From NCBI RefSeq assembly GCF_030028105.1, contig NC_092374.1, positions 8,546,998 through 8,610,997 on the forward strand: a DNA stretch of 64,000 bases, in the 5' to 3' direction. A program made the translations under genes and the position numbers. The notes beneath the pieces are model-generated. The model did not search any database, was not told the origin of the DNA, and was given only the letters and a program-made list of their open reading frames with translations. This stretch comes from Mobula birostris. Its lineage: Eukaryota. This document shows positions 25,701 to 40,700 of the stretch, piece after piece (positions within the stretch are counted from its first letter, which is position 1; each line of letters starts with the position of its first letter).

Positions 25701-28700
25701 AACAGAGTGACGTTTCATGTGGAAAGAGAAACAGAGTGAAATTTCGTATGGAACAGAGTGACGTTTCGTGTGGAAAGAAAAACAGAGTGACATTTCTTAT
25801 GGAAAGGGAAACAGAGTGACGTTTTGTGTGGAATGTGAAACAGAGTGATATTTCATATGGAACAGAGTGAAGTTTCGTGTGGAAAGAGAAATAGAGTGAC
25901 GTTTCGTCTGGAAAGAGAACAGAGTGACGTTTCATGTGGAAAGAGAAACAGGTGACGTTTCGTGTGGAAAGAGAAACAGAGTGACGTTTCTTATGGAAAG
26001 AGAAACAGAGTGATGTTTCGTGTGGAAAGAGAAAAAGAGTGACATTTCGTGTGGAAAGAGAAACACAGTGAGGTTTCGTGTGGAAAGAGAAACAGAGTGA
26101 CTTTTTGTGTGGAAAGAGAAACAGAGTGACATTTCGGGTGGAAAGAGAAACAGAGTGACGTTTTGTGTGGAAAGAGAACAGAGTGATGTTTCGTGTGGAA
26201 GGAGAAACAGAGTGACATTTCGTGTGGAAAGGGAAACAGAGTGACGTTTCGTGTGGAAAGAGAAACAGAGTGACATTTCGTATGGAACAGAGTGACGTTT
26301 TGTGTGGAAAGAGAACAGAGTGACGTTTCTTGTGGAAAGAGAAACAGAGTGACGTTTCTTATGGAAAGAGAAACAGAGTAACATTTCGTATGGAACAGAG
26401 TGACGTTTCGTGTGGAAAGAGAAACAGAGTGACGTTTCGTGTGGAAAGAGAAACAAAATGACGTTTCTTATGGAAAGAGAAACAGAGTGACATTTCGTGT
26501 GGAAAGAGAAACAGAGTGAGGTTTCGTGTGGAAAGAGAAACAGAGTGACGTTTCGTGTCAAAAGAAAAACAGAGTGACGTTCCGTGTGGAAAGAGAACAG
26601 AGTGACGTTTCGCGTGGAAAGAGAAACAGAGTGACTTTTCGTGTGGAAAGAGAAACAGAGTGACATTTCGGGTGGAAAGAGAAACAGAGTGACGTTTCGT
26701 GTGGAAAGAGAACAGAGTGACATTTCGTGTGGAAAGAGAAACAGAGTGACATTTCATGTGGAAAGGGAAACAGAGTGATGTTTCGTGTGGAAAGAGAAAG
26801 AGAGTGACATTTCGTATGGAACAGAGTGACGTTTTGTGTGGAAAGAGAACAGAGTGACATTTCTTGTGGAAAGAGAAACAGAGTGACATTTCTTATGGAA
26901 AGAGAAACAGAGTGACATTTCGTATGGAAAGAGAAACAGAGTGATGTTTCATGTGGAAAGAGAAACAGAGTGACGTTTCGTGTGGAAAGAGAAACACAGT
27001 GAGGTTTCGTGTGGAAAGAGAAACAGAGTGACGTTTCGTGTCAAAAGAGAAACAGTCACATTTCGTACGGAACAGAGTGACGTTTCGTGTGGAAAGAGAA
27101 ACAGAGTGACGTTTCGTGTGGAAAGAGAAACAGAGTGATATTTCGTATGGAACAGAGTGACGTTTCGTGTGGAAAGAGAAACAGAGTGACATTTCTTATG
27201 GAAAGAGAAACAGAGTGATATTTCGTGTGGAAAGAGAAACAGAGTGATATTTCGTATGGAACAGAGTGACGTTTTGTGTGGAAAGAGAAATAGAGTGACG
27301 TTTCGTCTGGAAAGAGAACAGAGTGACGTTTCGTGTGGAAAGAGAAACAGAGTGACGTTTCATGTGGAAAGAGAAACAGAGTGACGTATCTTATGGAAAG
27401 AGAAACAGAGTGACGTTTCGTGTGGAAAGAGAAAGAAAGTGATGTTTCGCGTGGAAAGAGAAACAGAGTGACGTTTCGTGTGGAAAGAGATATAGAGTGA
27501 CATTTCTTATGGAAAGAGAAACAGAGTGACATTTCGTGTGGAAAGAGAAACAGAGTGACATTTCGTGTGGAAAGAGAAACAGAGTGACTTTTCGTGTGGA
27601 AAGAGAAACAGAGTGACATTTCTTATGGAAAGAGAAACAGAGTGAGGTGTCGTGTGGAAAGAGAAACAGAGTGAAGTTTCGTGTGGAAAGAGAACAGAGT
27701 GACGTTTCGTGTGGAAAGAGAAACAGAGTGACGTTTCGTGTGGAAAGAGAAACAGAGAGACATTTTGTGTGGAAAGAGAAATAGAGTGACGTTTCGTGTG
27801 GAAAGAGAAACAGAGAGACATTTCGTATGGAACAGAGTGATGTTTCGTGTGGAAAGAAAAACAGAGTGACATTTCTTATGGAAAGGGAAACAGAGTGACA
27901 TTTTGTGTGGAATGTGAAACAGGGTGATATTTCATAAGGAACAGAGTGACGTTTCGTGTGGAAAGAGAACAGAGTGACGTTTCGTCTGGAAAGAGAACAG
28001 AGTGACGTTTCATGTGGAAAGAGAAACAGGGTGACGTTTCGTGTGGAAAGAGAAACAGAGTGACGTTTCTTATGGAAAGAGAAACAGAGTGATGTTTCGT
28101 GTGGAAAGAGAAACAGAGTGACATTTCGTGTGGAAAGAGAAACACAGTGAGGTTTCGTGTGGAAAGAGAAACAGAGTGACGTTTCGTGACAAAAGAGAAA
28201 CAGTCACATTTCGTACGGAACAGAGTGACGTTTCGTGTGGAAAGAGAAACAGAGTGACGTTTCGTGTGGAAAGAGAAACAGAGTGACATTTTGTGTGGAA
28301 AGAGAAACAGAGTGACGTTTCGTGTGGAAAGAGAAACAGAGTGACATTTCGTATGGAACAGAGTGACGTTTCGTGTGGAAAGAAAAACAGAGTGATATTT
28401 CGTATGGAACAGAGTGACGTTTCGTGTGGAAAGAGAACAGAATGACGTTTCGTGTGGAAAGAGAAACAGAGTGACGTTTCATGTGGAAAGAGAAACAGAG
28501 TGACGTTTCTTATGGAAAGAGAAACAGAGTGACGTTTCGTGTGGAATGAGAAAGAAAGTGATGTTTCGCGTGGAAAGAGAAACAGAGTGACGTTTTGTGT
28601 GGAAAGAGAAATAGAGTGACATTTCTTATGGAAAGAGAAACAGAGTGACATTTCGTGTGGAAAGAGAAACAGAGTGACATTTCTTATGGAAAGAGAAACA

Positions 28701-31700
28701 GAGTGACGTGTCCTGTGGAAAGAGAAACAGAGTGAAGTTTCGTGTGGAAAGAGAATAGAGTGACGTTTCATGTGGAAAGAGAAACAGAGTGAAATTTCGT
28801 ATGGATCAGAGTGACGTTTCGTGTGGAAAGAAAAACAGAGTGACATTTCTTATGGAAAGGGAAACAGAGTGACATTTTGTGTGGAATGTGAAACAGAGTG
28901 ATATTTCATATGGAACAGAGTGACGTTTCGTGTGGAAAGAGAAATAGAGTGACGTTTCGTCTGGAAAGAGAACAGAGTGACGTTTCATGTGGAAAGAGAA
29001 ACAGGGTGACGTTTCGTGTGGAAAGAGAAACAGAGTGACGTTTCTTATGGAAAGAGAAACAGAGTGATGTTTCGTGTGGAAAGAGAAACAGAGTGACATT
29101 TCGTGTGGAAAGAGAAACACAGTGAGGTTTCGTGTGGAAAGAGAAACAGAGTGACGTTTCGTGTCAAAAGAGAAACAGTCAAATTTCGTACGGAACAGAG
29201 TGACGTTTCGTGTGGAAAGAGAAACAGAGTGACATTTTGTGTGGAAAGAGAAACAGAGTGACGTTTCGTGTGGAAAGAGAAACAGAGTGACATTTCGTAT
29301 GGAGCAGAGTGACGTTTCGTGTGGAAAGAAAAACAGAGTGACATTTCTTATGGAAAGGGAAACAGAGTGACATTTTGTGTGGAATGAGAAACAGAGTGAT
29401 ATTTCATATGGAACAGAGTGACGTTTCGTGTGGAAAGAGAAATAGAGTGACGTTTCGTCTGGAAAGAGAACAGAGTGGTGTTTCATGTGGAAAGAGAAAC
29501 AGGGTGACGTTTCGTGTGGAAAGAGAAACAGAGTGACGTTTCCTATGGAAAGAGAAACAGAGTGATGTTTCGTGTGGAAAGAGAAACAGAGTGACATTTC
29601 GTGTGGAAAGAGAAACACAGTGAGGTTTCGTGTGGAAAGAGAAACAGAGTGACGTTTCGTGTCAAAAGAGAAACAGTCACATTTCGTACGGAACAGAGTG
29701 ACGTTTCGTGTGGAAAGAGAAACAGAGTGACGTTTCGTGTGGAAAGAGAAACAGAGTGATATTTCGTATGGAACAGAGTGACGTTTCGTGTGGAAAGAGA
29801 AACAGAGTGACATTTCTTATGGAAAGAGAAACAGAGTGATGTTTCGTGTGGAAAGAGAAATAGAGTGATGTTTCATCTGGAAAGAGAACAGAGTGACGTT
29901 TCGTGTGGAAAGAGAAACAGTGTGACGTTTCATGTGGAAAGAGAAACAGAGTGACGTTTCTTATGGAAAGAGAAACAGAGTGACGTTTCATGTGGAAAGA
30001 GAAAGAAAGTGATGTTTCGCGTGGAAAGAGAAACAGAGTGACGTTTTGTGTGCTAAGAGAAACAGAGTGATGTTTCGTGTGGAAAGAGAAACAGGGTGAC
30101 GTTTCGTGTGGAAAGAGAAACAGAGTGACGTTTCTTATGGAAAGAGAAACAGAGTGATGTTTCGTGTGGAAAGAGAAACAGAGTGACATTTCGTGTGGAA
30201 AGAGAAACACAGTGAGGTTTCGTGTGGAAAGAGAAACAGAGTGACGTTTCGTGTCAAAAGAGAAACAGTCAAATTTCGTACGGAACAGAGTGACGTTTCG
30301 TGTGGAAAGAGAAACAGAGTGACATTTTGTGTGGAAAGAGAAACAGAGTGACGTTTCGTGTGGAAAGAGAAACAGAGTGACATTTCGTATGGAGCAGAGT
30401 GACGTTTCGTGTGGAAAGAAAAACAGAGTGACATTTCTTATGGAAAGGGAAACAGAGTGACATTTTGTGTGGAATGAGAAACAGAGTGATATTTCATATG
30501 GAACAGAGTGACGTTTCGTGTGGAAAGAGAAATAGAGTGACGTTTCGTCTGGAAAGAGAACAGAGTGGTGTTTCATGTGGAAAGAGAAACAGGGTGACGT
30601 TTCGTGTGGAAAGAGAAACAGAGTGACGTTTTGTGTGGAAAGAGAAACAGAGTGACGTTTCGTGTGGAAAGAGAAATAGAGTGACATTTCTTATGGAATG
30701 AGAAACAGAGTGACATTTCGTGTGGAAAGAGAAACAGAGTGACATTTCTTATGGAAAGAGAAACAGAGTGACGTGTCGTCTGGAAAGAGAAACAGAGTGA
30801 AGTTTCGTGTGGAAAGAGAACAGAGTGACGTTTCGTGTGGAAAAAGAAACAGAGTGACATTTTGTGTGGAAAGAGAAACAGAGTGACGTTTCGTGTGGAA
30901 AGAGAAACAGAGTGACATTTCGTATGGAAAGGGAAACAGAGTGACATTTTGTGTGGAATGTGAAACAGAGTGATATTTCATATGGAACAGAGTGACGTTT
31001 CGTGTGGAAAGAGAAATAGAGTGACGTTTCGTCTGGAAAGAGAACAGAGTGACGTTTCATGTGGAAAGAGAAACAGGGTGACGTTTCGTGTGGAAAGAGA
31101 AACAGAGTGACGTTTCTTATGGAAAGAGAAACAGAGTGATGTTTCGTGCGGAAAGAGAAAATGAGTGACATTTCGTGTGGAAAGAGAAACACAGTGAGGT
31201 TTCGTGTGGAAAGAGAAACAGAGTGACGTTTCGTGTCAAAAGAGAAACAGTCACATTTCGTACGGAACAGAGTGACGTTTCGTGTGGAAAGAGAAACAGA
31301 GTGACGTTTCATGTGGAAAGAGAAACAGAGTGACATTTTGTGTGGAAAGAGAAACAGAGTGACGTTTCGTGTGGAAAGAGAAACAGAGTGACATTTCGTA
31401 TGGAACAGAGTGACGTTTCGTGTGGAAAGAAAAACAGAGTGACATTTCTTATGGAAAGGGAAACAGAGTGACATTTTGTGTGGAATGAGAAACAGAGTGA
31501 TATTTCATATGGAACAGAGTGACGTTTCGTGTGGAAAGAGAAACAGAGTGACGTTTCTTATGGAAAGAGAAACAGAGTGATGTTTCGTGTGGAAAGAGAA
31601 ACAGAGTGACATTTCGTGTGGAAAGAGAAACACAGTGAGGTTTCGTGTGGAAAGAGAAACAGAGTGACGTTTCGTGTCAAAAGAGAAACAGTCACATTTC

Positions 31701-34700
31701 GTACGGAACAGAGTGACGTTTCGTGTGGAAAGAGAAACAGAGTGACGTTTCGTGTGGAAAGAGAAACAGAGTGACATTTTGTGTGGAAAGAGAAACAGAG
31801 TGACGTTTCGTGTGGAAAGAGAAACAGAGTGACATTTCGTATGGAACAGAGTGACGTTTCGTGTGGAAAGAGAAACAGAGTGACGTTTCGTGTGGAAAGA
31901 GAAACAGAGTGACATTTCATGTGGAAAGGGAAACAGAGTGATGTTTCGTGTGGAAAGAGAAAGAGAGTGACATTTCGTATGGAACAGAGTGACGTTTTGT
32001 GTGGAAAGAGAACAGAGTGACATTTCTTGTGGAAAGACAAACAGAGTGACATTTCTTATGGAAAGAGAAACAGAGTGACATTTCGTATGGAAAGAGAAAC
32101 AGAGTGATGTTTCATGTGGAAAGAGAAACAGAGTGACGTTTCGTGTCAAAAGAGAAACAGTCACATTTCGTACGGAACAGAGTGACGTTTCGTGTGGAAA
32201 GAGAAACAGAGTGACGTTTCGTGTGGAAAGAGAAACAGAGTGATATTTCGTATGGAACAGAGTGACGTTTCGTGTGGAAAGAGAAACAGAGTGACATTTC
32301 TTATGGAAAGAGAAACAGAGTGATATTTCGTGTGGAAAGAGAAACAGAGTGATATTTCGTATGGAACAGAGTGACGTTTTGTGTGGAAAGAGAAATAGAG
32401 TGACGTTTCGTCTGGAAAGAGAACAGAGTGACGTTTCGTGTGGAAAGAGAAACAGAGTGACGTTTCATGTGTGAAAGAGAAACAGAGTGACGTATCTTAT
32501 GGAAAGAGAAACAGAGTGACGTTTCGTGTGGAAAGAGAAAGAAAGTGATGTTTCGCGTGGAAAGAGAAACAGAGTGACGTTTCGTGTGGAAAGAGAAACA
32601 GAGTGACGTTTCGTGTGGAAAGAGATATAGCGTGACATTTCTTATGGAAAGAGAAACAGAGTGACATTTCGTGTGGAAAGAGAAACAGAGTAACATTTCG
32701 TGTGGAAAGAGAAACAGAGTGAAGTTTCGTGTGGAAAGAGAACAGAGTGACGTTTCGTGTGGAAAGAGAAACAGAGAGACATTTTGTGTGGAAAGAGAAA
32801 TAGAGTGACGTTTCGTGTGGAAAGAGAAACAGAGTGACATTTCGTATGCAACAGAGTGACGTTTCGTGTGGAAAGAAAAACAGAGTGACATTTCTTATGG
32901 AAAGGGAAACAGAGTGACATTTTGTGTGGAATGTGAAACAGGGTGATATTTCATATGGAACAGAGTGACGTTTCGTGTGGAAAGAGAACAGAGTGACGTT
33001 TCGTCTGGAAAGAGAACAGAGTGACGTTTCATGTGGAAAGAGAAACAGGGTGACGTTTCGTGTGGAAAGAGAAACAGAGTGACATTTCTTATGGAAAGAG
33101 AAACAGAGTGATGTTTCGTGTGGAAAGAGAAACAGAGTGACATTTCGTGTGGAAAGAGAAACACAGTGAGGTTTCGTGTGGAAAGAGAAACAGAGTGACG
33201 TTTCGTGACAAAAGAGAAACAGTCACATTTCGTACGGAACAGAGTGACGTTTCGTGTGGAAAGAGAAACAGAGTGACGTTTCATGTGGAAAGAGAAACAG
33301 AGTGACATTTTGTGTGGAAAGAGAAACAGAGTGACGTTTCGTGTGGAAAGAGAAACAGAGTGACATTTCGTATGGAACAGAGTGACGTTTCGTGTGGAAA
33401 GAAAAACAGAGTGATATTTCGTATGGAACAGAGTGACGTTTCGTGTGGAAAGAGAACAGAATGACGTTTCGTGTGGAAAGAGAAACAGAGTGACGTTTCG
33501 TGTGGATAGAGAAATAGAGTGACGTTTCATCTGGAAAGAGAACAGAGTGACGTTTCGTGTGGAAAGAGAAACAGTGTGACGTTTCATGTGGAAAGAGAAA
33601 CAGAGTGACGTTTCTTATGGAAAGAGAAACAGAGTGACGTTTCATGTGGAAAGAGAAAGAAAGTGATGTTTCGCGTGGAAAGAGAAACAGAGTGACGTTT
33701 CTTATGGAAAGAGAAACAGAGTGACGTTTCGTGTGGAAAGAGAAAGAAAGTGATGTTTCGCGTGGAAAGAGAAACAGAGTGACGTTTCGTGTGGAAAGAG
33801 AAATAGAGTGACATTTCTTATGGAAAGAGAAACAGAGTGACATTTCGTGTGGAAAGAGAAACAGAGTGACATTTCTTATGGAAAGAGAAACAGAGTGACG
33901 TGTCCTGTGGAAAGAGAAACAGAGTGAAGTTTCGTGTGGAAAGAGAATAGAGTGACGTTTCATGTGGAAAGAGAAACAGAGTGAAATTTCGTATGGATCA
34001 GAGTGACGTTTCGTGTGGAAAGAGAAACAGAGTGACATTTTGTGTGGAAAGAGAAACAGAGTGACGTTTCGTGTGGAAAGAGAAACAGAGTGACATTTCG
34101 TATGGAACAGAGTGACGTTTCGTGTGGAAAGAAAAACAGAGTGACATTTCTTATGGAAAGGAAAACAGAGTGACGTTTCGTGTGGAAAGAGAAATAGAGT
34201 GACGTTTCGTCTGGAAAGAGAACAGAGTGGTGTTTCATGTGGAACGAGAAACAGGGTGACGTTTCGTGTGGAAAGAGAAACAGAGTGACGTTTCTTATGG
34301 AAAGAGAAACAGAGTGATGTTTCGTATGGAAAGAGAAACAGAGTGACATTTCGTGTGGAAAGAGAAACACAGTGAGGTTTCGTGAGGAAAGAGAAACAGA
34401 GTGACGTTTCGTGTCAAAAGAGAAACAGTCACATTTCGTACGGAACAGAGTGACGTTTCATGTGGAAAGAGAAACAGAGTGACGTTTCGTGTGGAAAGAG
34501 AAACAGAGTGATATTTCGTATGGAACAGAGTGACGTTTCGTGTGGAAAGAGAAACAGAGTGACATTTCTTATGGAAAGAGAAACAGAGTGACGTTTCGTG
34601 TGGAAAGAGAAATAGAGTGACGTTTCATCTGGAAAGAGAACAGAGTGACGTTTCGTGTGGAAAGAGAAACAGTGTGACGTTTCATGTGGAAAGAGAAACA

Positions 34701-37700
34701 GAGTGACGTTTCTTATGGAAAGAGAAACAGAGTGACGTTTCATGTGGAAAGAGAAAGAAAGTGATGTTTCGCGTGGAAAGAGAAACAGAGTGACGTTTCG
34801 TGTGCTAAGAGAAACAGAGTGATGTTTCGTGTGGAAAGAGAAACAGAGTGACATTTTGTGTGGAAAGAGAAACAGAGTGATGTTTCGTGTGGAAAGAGAA
34901 ATAGAGTGACGTTTCATGTGGAAAGAGAAACAGAGTGACATTTTGTGTGGAAAGAGAAACAGAGTGACGTTTCGTGTGGAAAGAGAAACAGAGTGACATT
35001 TCGTATGGAACAGAGTGACGTTTCGTGTGGAAAGAAAAACAGAGTGACATTTCTTATGGAAAGGGAAACAGAGTGACATTTTGTGTGGAATGAGAAACAG
35101 AGTGATATTTCATATGGAACAGAGTGACGTTTCGTGTGGAAAGAGAAACAGAGTGACGTTTCTTATGGAAAGAGAAACAGAGTGATGTTTCGTGTGGAAA
35201 GAGAAACAGAGTGACATTTCGTGTGGAAAGAAAAACACAGTGAGGTTTCGTGTGGAAAGAGAAACAGAGTGACGTTTCGTGTCAAAAGAGAAACAGTCAC
35301 ATTTCGTACGGAACAGAGTGACGTTTCGTGTGGAAAGAGAAACAGAGTGACGTTTCGTGTGGAAAGAGAAACAGAGTGACATTTTGTGTGGAAAGAGAAA
35401 CAGAGTGACGTTTCGTGTGGAAAGAGAAACAGAGTGACATTTCGTATGGAACAGAGTGACGTTTCGTGTGGAAAGAAAAACAGAGTGATATTTCGTATGG
35501 AACACAGTGACGTTTCGTGTGGAAAGAGAACAGAGTGACATTTCGTGTGGAAAGAGAAACAGAGTGACATTTCATGTGGAAAGGGAAACAGAGTGATGTT
35601 TCGTGTGGAAAGAGAAAGAGAGTGACATTTCGTATGGAACAGAGTGACGTTTTGTGTGGAAAGAGAACAGAGTGACATTTCTTGTGGAAAGACAAACAGA
35701 GTGACATTTCTTATGGAAAGAGAAACAGAGTGACATTTCGTATGGAAAGAGAAACAGAGTGATGTTTCATGTGGAAAGAGAAACAGAGTGACGTTTCGTG
35801 TCAAAAGAGAAACAGTCACATTTCGTACGGAACAGAGTGACGTTTCGTGTGGAAAGAGAAACAGAGTGACGTTTCGTGTGGAAAGAGAAACAGAGTGATA
35901 TTTCGTATGGAACAGAGTGACGTTTCGTGTGGAAAGAGAAACAGAGTGACATTTCTTATGGAAAGAGAAACAGAGTGATATTTCGTTTGGAAAGAGAAAC
36001 AGAGTGATATTTCGTATGGAACAGAGTGACGTTTTGTGTGGAAAGAGAAATAGAGTGACGTTTCGTCTGGAAAGAGAACAGAGTGACGTTTCGTGTGGAA
36101 AGAGAAACAGAGTGACGTTTCATGTGGAAAGAGAAACAGAGTGACGTATCTTATAGAAAGAGAAACAGAGTGACGTTTCGTGTGGAAAGAGAAAGAAAGT
36201 GATGTTTCGCTTGGAAAGAGAAACAGAGTGACGTTTCGTGTGGAAAGAGAAACAGAGTGACGTTTCGTGTGGAAAGAGATATAGCGTGACATTTCTTATG
36301 GAAAGAGAAACAGAGTGACATTTCGTGTGGAAAGAGAAACAGAGTGACATTTCGTGTGGAAAGAGAAACAGAGTGACTTTTCGTGTGGAAAGAGAAACAG
36401 AGTGACATTTCTTATGGAAAGAGAAACAGAGTGACGTGTCGTGTGGAAAGAGAAACAGAGTGAAGTTTCGTGTGGAAAGAGAACAGAGTGACGTTTCGTG
36501 TGGAAAGAGAAACAGAGAGACATTTTGTGTGGAAAGAGAAATAGAGTGACGTTTCGTGTGGAAAGAGAAACAGAGTGACATTTCGTATGGAACAGAGTGA
36601 CGTTTCGTGTGGAAAGAAAAACAGAGTGACATTTCTTATGGAAAGGGAAACAGAGTGACATTTTGTGTGGAATGTGAAACAGGGTGATATTTCATATGGA
36701 ACAGAGTGACGTTTCGTGTGGAAAGAGAACAGAGTGACGTTTCGTCTGGAAAGAGAACAGAGTGACGTTTCTTATGGAAAGAGAAACAGTGATGTTTCGT
36801 GTGGAAAGAGAAACAGAGTGACATTTCGTGTGGAAAGAGAAACACAGTGAGGTTTCGTGTGGAAAGAGAAACAGAGTGACGTTTCGTGACAAAAGAGAAA
36901 CAGTCACATTTCGTACGGAACAGAGTGACGTTTCGTGTGGAAAGAGAAACAGAGTGACGTTTCGTGTGGAAAGAGAAACAGAGTGACATTTTGTGTGGAA
37001 AGAGAAACAGAGTGACGTTTCGTGTGGAAAGAGAAACAGAGTGACATTTCGTATGGAACAGAGTGACGTTTCGTGTGGAAAGAAAAACAGAGTGATATTT
37101 CGTATGGAACAGAGTGACGTTTCGTGTGGAAAGAGAACAGAATGACGTTTCGTGTGGAAAGAGAAACAGAGTGACGTTTCGTGTGGAAAGAGAAATAGAG
37201 TGACGTTTCATCTGGAAAGAGAACAGAGTGACGTTTCGTGTGGAAAGAGAAACAGTGTGACGTTTCATGTGGAAAGAGAAACAGAGTGACGTTTCTTATG
37301 GAAAGAGAAACAGAGTGACGTTTCGTGTGGAAAGAGAAAGAAAGTGATGTTTCGCGTGGAAAGAGAAACAGAGTGACGTTTCGTGTGGAAAGAGAAATAG
37401 AGTGACATTTCTTATGGAAAGAGAAACAGAGTGACATTTCGTGTGGAAAGAGAAACAGAGTGACATTTCTTATGGAAAGAGAAACAGAGTGACGTGTCCT
37501 GTGGAAAGAGAAACAGAGTGAAGTTTCGTGTGGAAAGAGAATAGAGTGACGTTTCATGTGGAAAGAGAAACAGAGTGAAATTTCGTATGGATCAGAGTGA
37601 CGTTTCGTGTGGAAAGAGAAACAGAGTGACATTTTGTGTGGAAAGAGAAACAGAGTGACGTTTCGTGTGGAAAGAGAAACAGAGTGACATTTCGTATGGA

Positions 37701-40700
37701 ACAGAGTGACGTTTCGTGTGGAAAGAAAAACAGAGTGACATTTCTTATGGAAAGGAAAACAGAGTGACGTTTCGTGTGGAAAGAGAAATAGAGTGACGTT
37801 TCGTCTGGAAAGAGAACAGAGTGGTGTTTCATGTGGAACGAGAAACAGGGTGACGTTTCGTGTGGAAAGAGAAACAGAGTGACGTTTCTTACGGAAAGAG
37901 AAACAGAGTGATGTTTCGTATGGAAAGAGAAACAGAGTGACATTTCGTGTGGAAAGAGAAACACAGTGAGGTTTCGTGTGGAAAGAGAAACAGAGTGACG
38001 TTTCGTGTCAAAAGAGAAACAGTCACATTTCGTACGGAACAGAGTGACGTTTCATGTGGAAAGAGAAACAGAGTGACGTTTCGTGTGGAAAGAGAAACAG
38101 AGTGATATTTCGTATGGAACAGAGTGACGTTTCGTGTGGAAAGAGAAACAGAGTGACGTTTCATCTGGAAAGAGAACAGAGTGACGTTTCGTGTGGAAAG
38201 AGAAACAGTGTGACGTTTCATGTGGAAAGAGAAACAGAGTGACGTTTCTTATGGAAAGAGAAACAGAGTGACGTTTCATGTGGAAAGAGAAAGAAAGTGA
38301 TGTTTCGCGTGGAAAGAGAAACAGAGTGACGTTTCGTGTGCTAAGAGAAACAGAGTGATGTTTCGTGTGGAAAGAGAAACAGAGTGACATTTTGTGTGGA
38401 AAGAGAAACAGAGTGATGTTTCGTGTGGAAAGAGAAATAGAGTGACATTTCTTATGGAATGAGAAACAGAGTGACATTTCGTGTGGAAAGAGAAACAGAG
38501 TGACATTTCTTATGGAAAGAGAAACAGAGTGACGTGTCGTCTGGAAAGAGAAACAGAGTGAAGTTTCGTGTGGAAAGAGAACAGAGTGACGTTTCGTGTG
38601 GAAAAAGAAACAGAGTGACATTTTGTGTGGAAAGAGAAACAGAGTGACGTTTCGTGTGGAAAGAGAAACAGAGTGACATTTCGTATGGAACAGAGTGACG
38701 TTTCGTGTGGAAAGAAAAACAGAGTGACATTTCTTATGGAAAGGGAAACAGAGTGACATTTTGTGTGGAATGTGAAACAGAGTGATATTTCATATGGAAC
38801 AGAGTGACGTTTCGTGTGGAAAGAGAAATAGAGTGACGTTTCATCTGGAAAGAGAACAGAGTGACGTTTCATGTGGAAAGAGAAACAGGGTGACGTTTCG
38901 TGTGGAAAGAGAAACAGAGTGACGTTTCTTATGGAAAGAGAAACAGAGTGATGTTTCGTGCGGAAAGAGAAACAGAGTGACATTTCGTGTGGAAAGAGAA
39001 ACACAGTGAGGTTTCGTGTGGAAAGAGAAACAGAGTGACGTTTCGTGTCAAAAGAGAAACAGTCACATTTCGTACGGAACAGAGTGACTTTTCGTGTGGA
39101 AAGAGAAACAGAGTGACGTTTCGTGTGGAAAGAGAAACAGAGTGATATTTCGTATGGAACAGAGTGACGTTTCGTGTGGAAAGAGAAACAGAGTGACATT
39201 TCTTATGGAAAGAGAAACAGAGTGATGTTTCGTGTGGAAAGAGAAATAGAGTGATGTTTCATCTGGAAAGAGAACAGAGTGACGTTTCGTGTGGAAAGAG
39301 AAACAGTGTGACGTTTCATGTGGAAAGAGAAACAGAGTGACGTTTCTTATGGAAAGAGAAACAGAGTGACGTTTCATGTGGAAAGAGAAAGAAAGTGATG
39401 TTTCGCGTGGAAAGAGAAACAGAGTGACGTTTCGTGTGCTAAGAGAAACAGAGTGATGTTTCGTGTGGAAAGAGAAACAGGGTGACGTTTCGTGTGGAAA
39501 GAGAAACACAGTGAGGTTTCGTGTGGAAAGAGAAACAGAGTGACGTTTCGTGTCAAAAGAGAAACAGTCAAATTTCATACGGAACAGAGTGACGTTTCGT
39601 GTGGAAAGAGAAACAGAGTGACATTTTGTGTGGAAAGAGAAACAGAGTGACGTTTCGTGTGGAAAGAGAAACAGAGTGACATTTCGTATGGAGCAGAGTG
39701 ACGTTTCGTGTGGAAAGAAAAACAGAGTGACATTTCTTATGGAAAGGGAAACAGAGTGACATTTTGTGTGGAATGAGAAACAGAGTGATATTTCATATGG
39801 AACAGAGTGACGTTTCGTGTGGAAAGAGAAATAGAGTGACGTTTCGTCTGGAAAGAGAACAGAGTGGTGTTTCATGTGGAAAGAGAAACAGGGTGACGTT
39901 TCGTGTGGAAAGAGAAACAGAGTGACGTTTTGTGTGGAAAGAGAAACAGAGTGACGTTTCGTGTGGAAAGAGAAATAGAGTGACATTTCTTATGGAATGA
40001 GAAACAGAGTGACATTACGTGTGGAAAGAGAAACAGAGTGACATTTCTTATGGAAAGAGAAACAGAGTGACGTGTCGTGTGGAAAGAGAAACAGAGTGAA
40101 GTTTCGTGTGGAAAGAGAACAGAGTGACGTTTCGTGTGGAAAAAGAAACAGAGTGACATTTTGTGTGGAAAGAGAAACAGAGTGACGTTTCGTGTGGAAA
40201 GAGAAACAGAGTGACATTTCGTATGGAAAGGGAAACAGAGTGACATTTTGTGTGGAATGTGAAACAGAGTGATATTTCATATGGAACAGAGTGACGTTTC
40301 GTGTGGAAAGAGAAATAGAGTGACGTTTCGTCTGGAAAGAGAACAGAGTGACGTTTCATGTGGAAAGAGAAATAGGGTGACGTTTCGTGTGGAAAGAGAA
40401 ACAGAGTGACGTTTCTTATGGAAAGAGAAACAGAGTGATGTTTCGTGCGGAAAGAGAAACAGAGTGACATTTCGTGTGGAAAGAGAAACACAGTGAGGTT
40501 TCGTGTGGAAAGAGAAACAGAGTGACGTTTCGTGTCAAAAGAGAAACAGTCACATTTCGTACGGAACAGAGTGACGTTTCGTGTGGAAAGAGAAACAGAG
40601 TGACGTTTCATGTGGAAAGAGAAACAGAGTGACATTTTGTGTGGAAAGAGAAACAGAGTGACGTTTCGTGTGGAAAGAGAAACAGAGTGACATTTCGTAT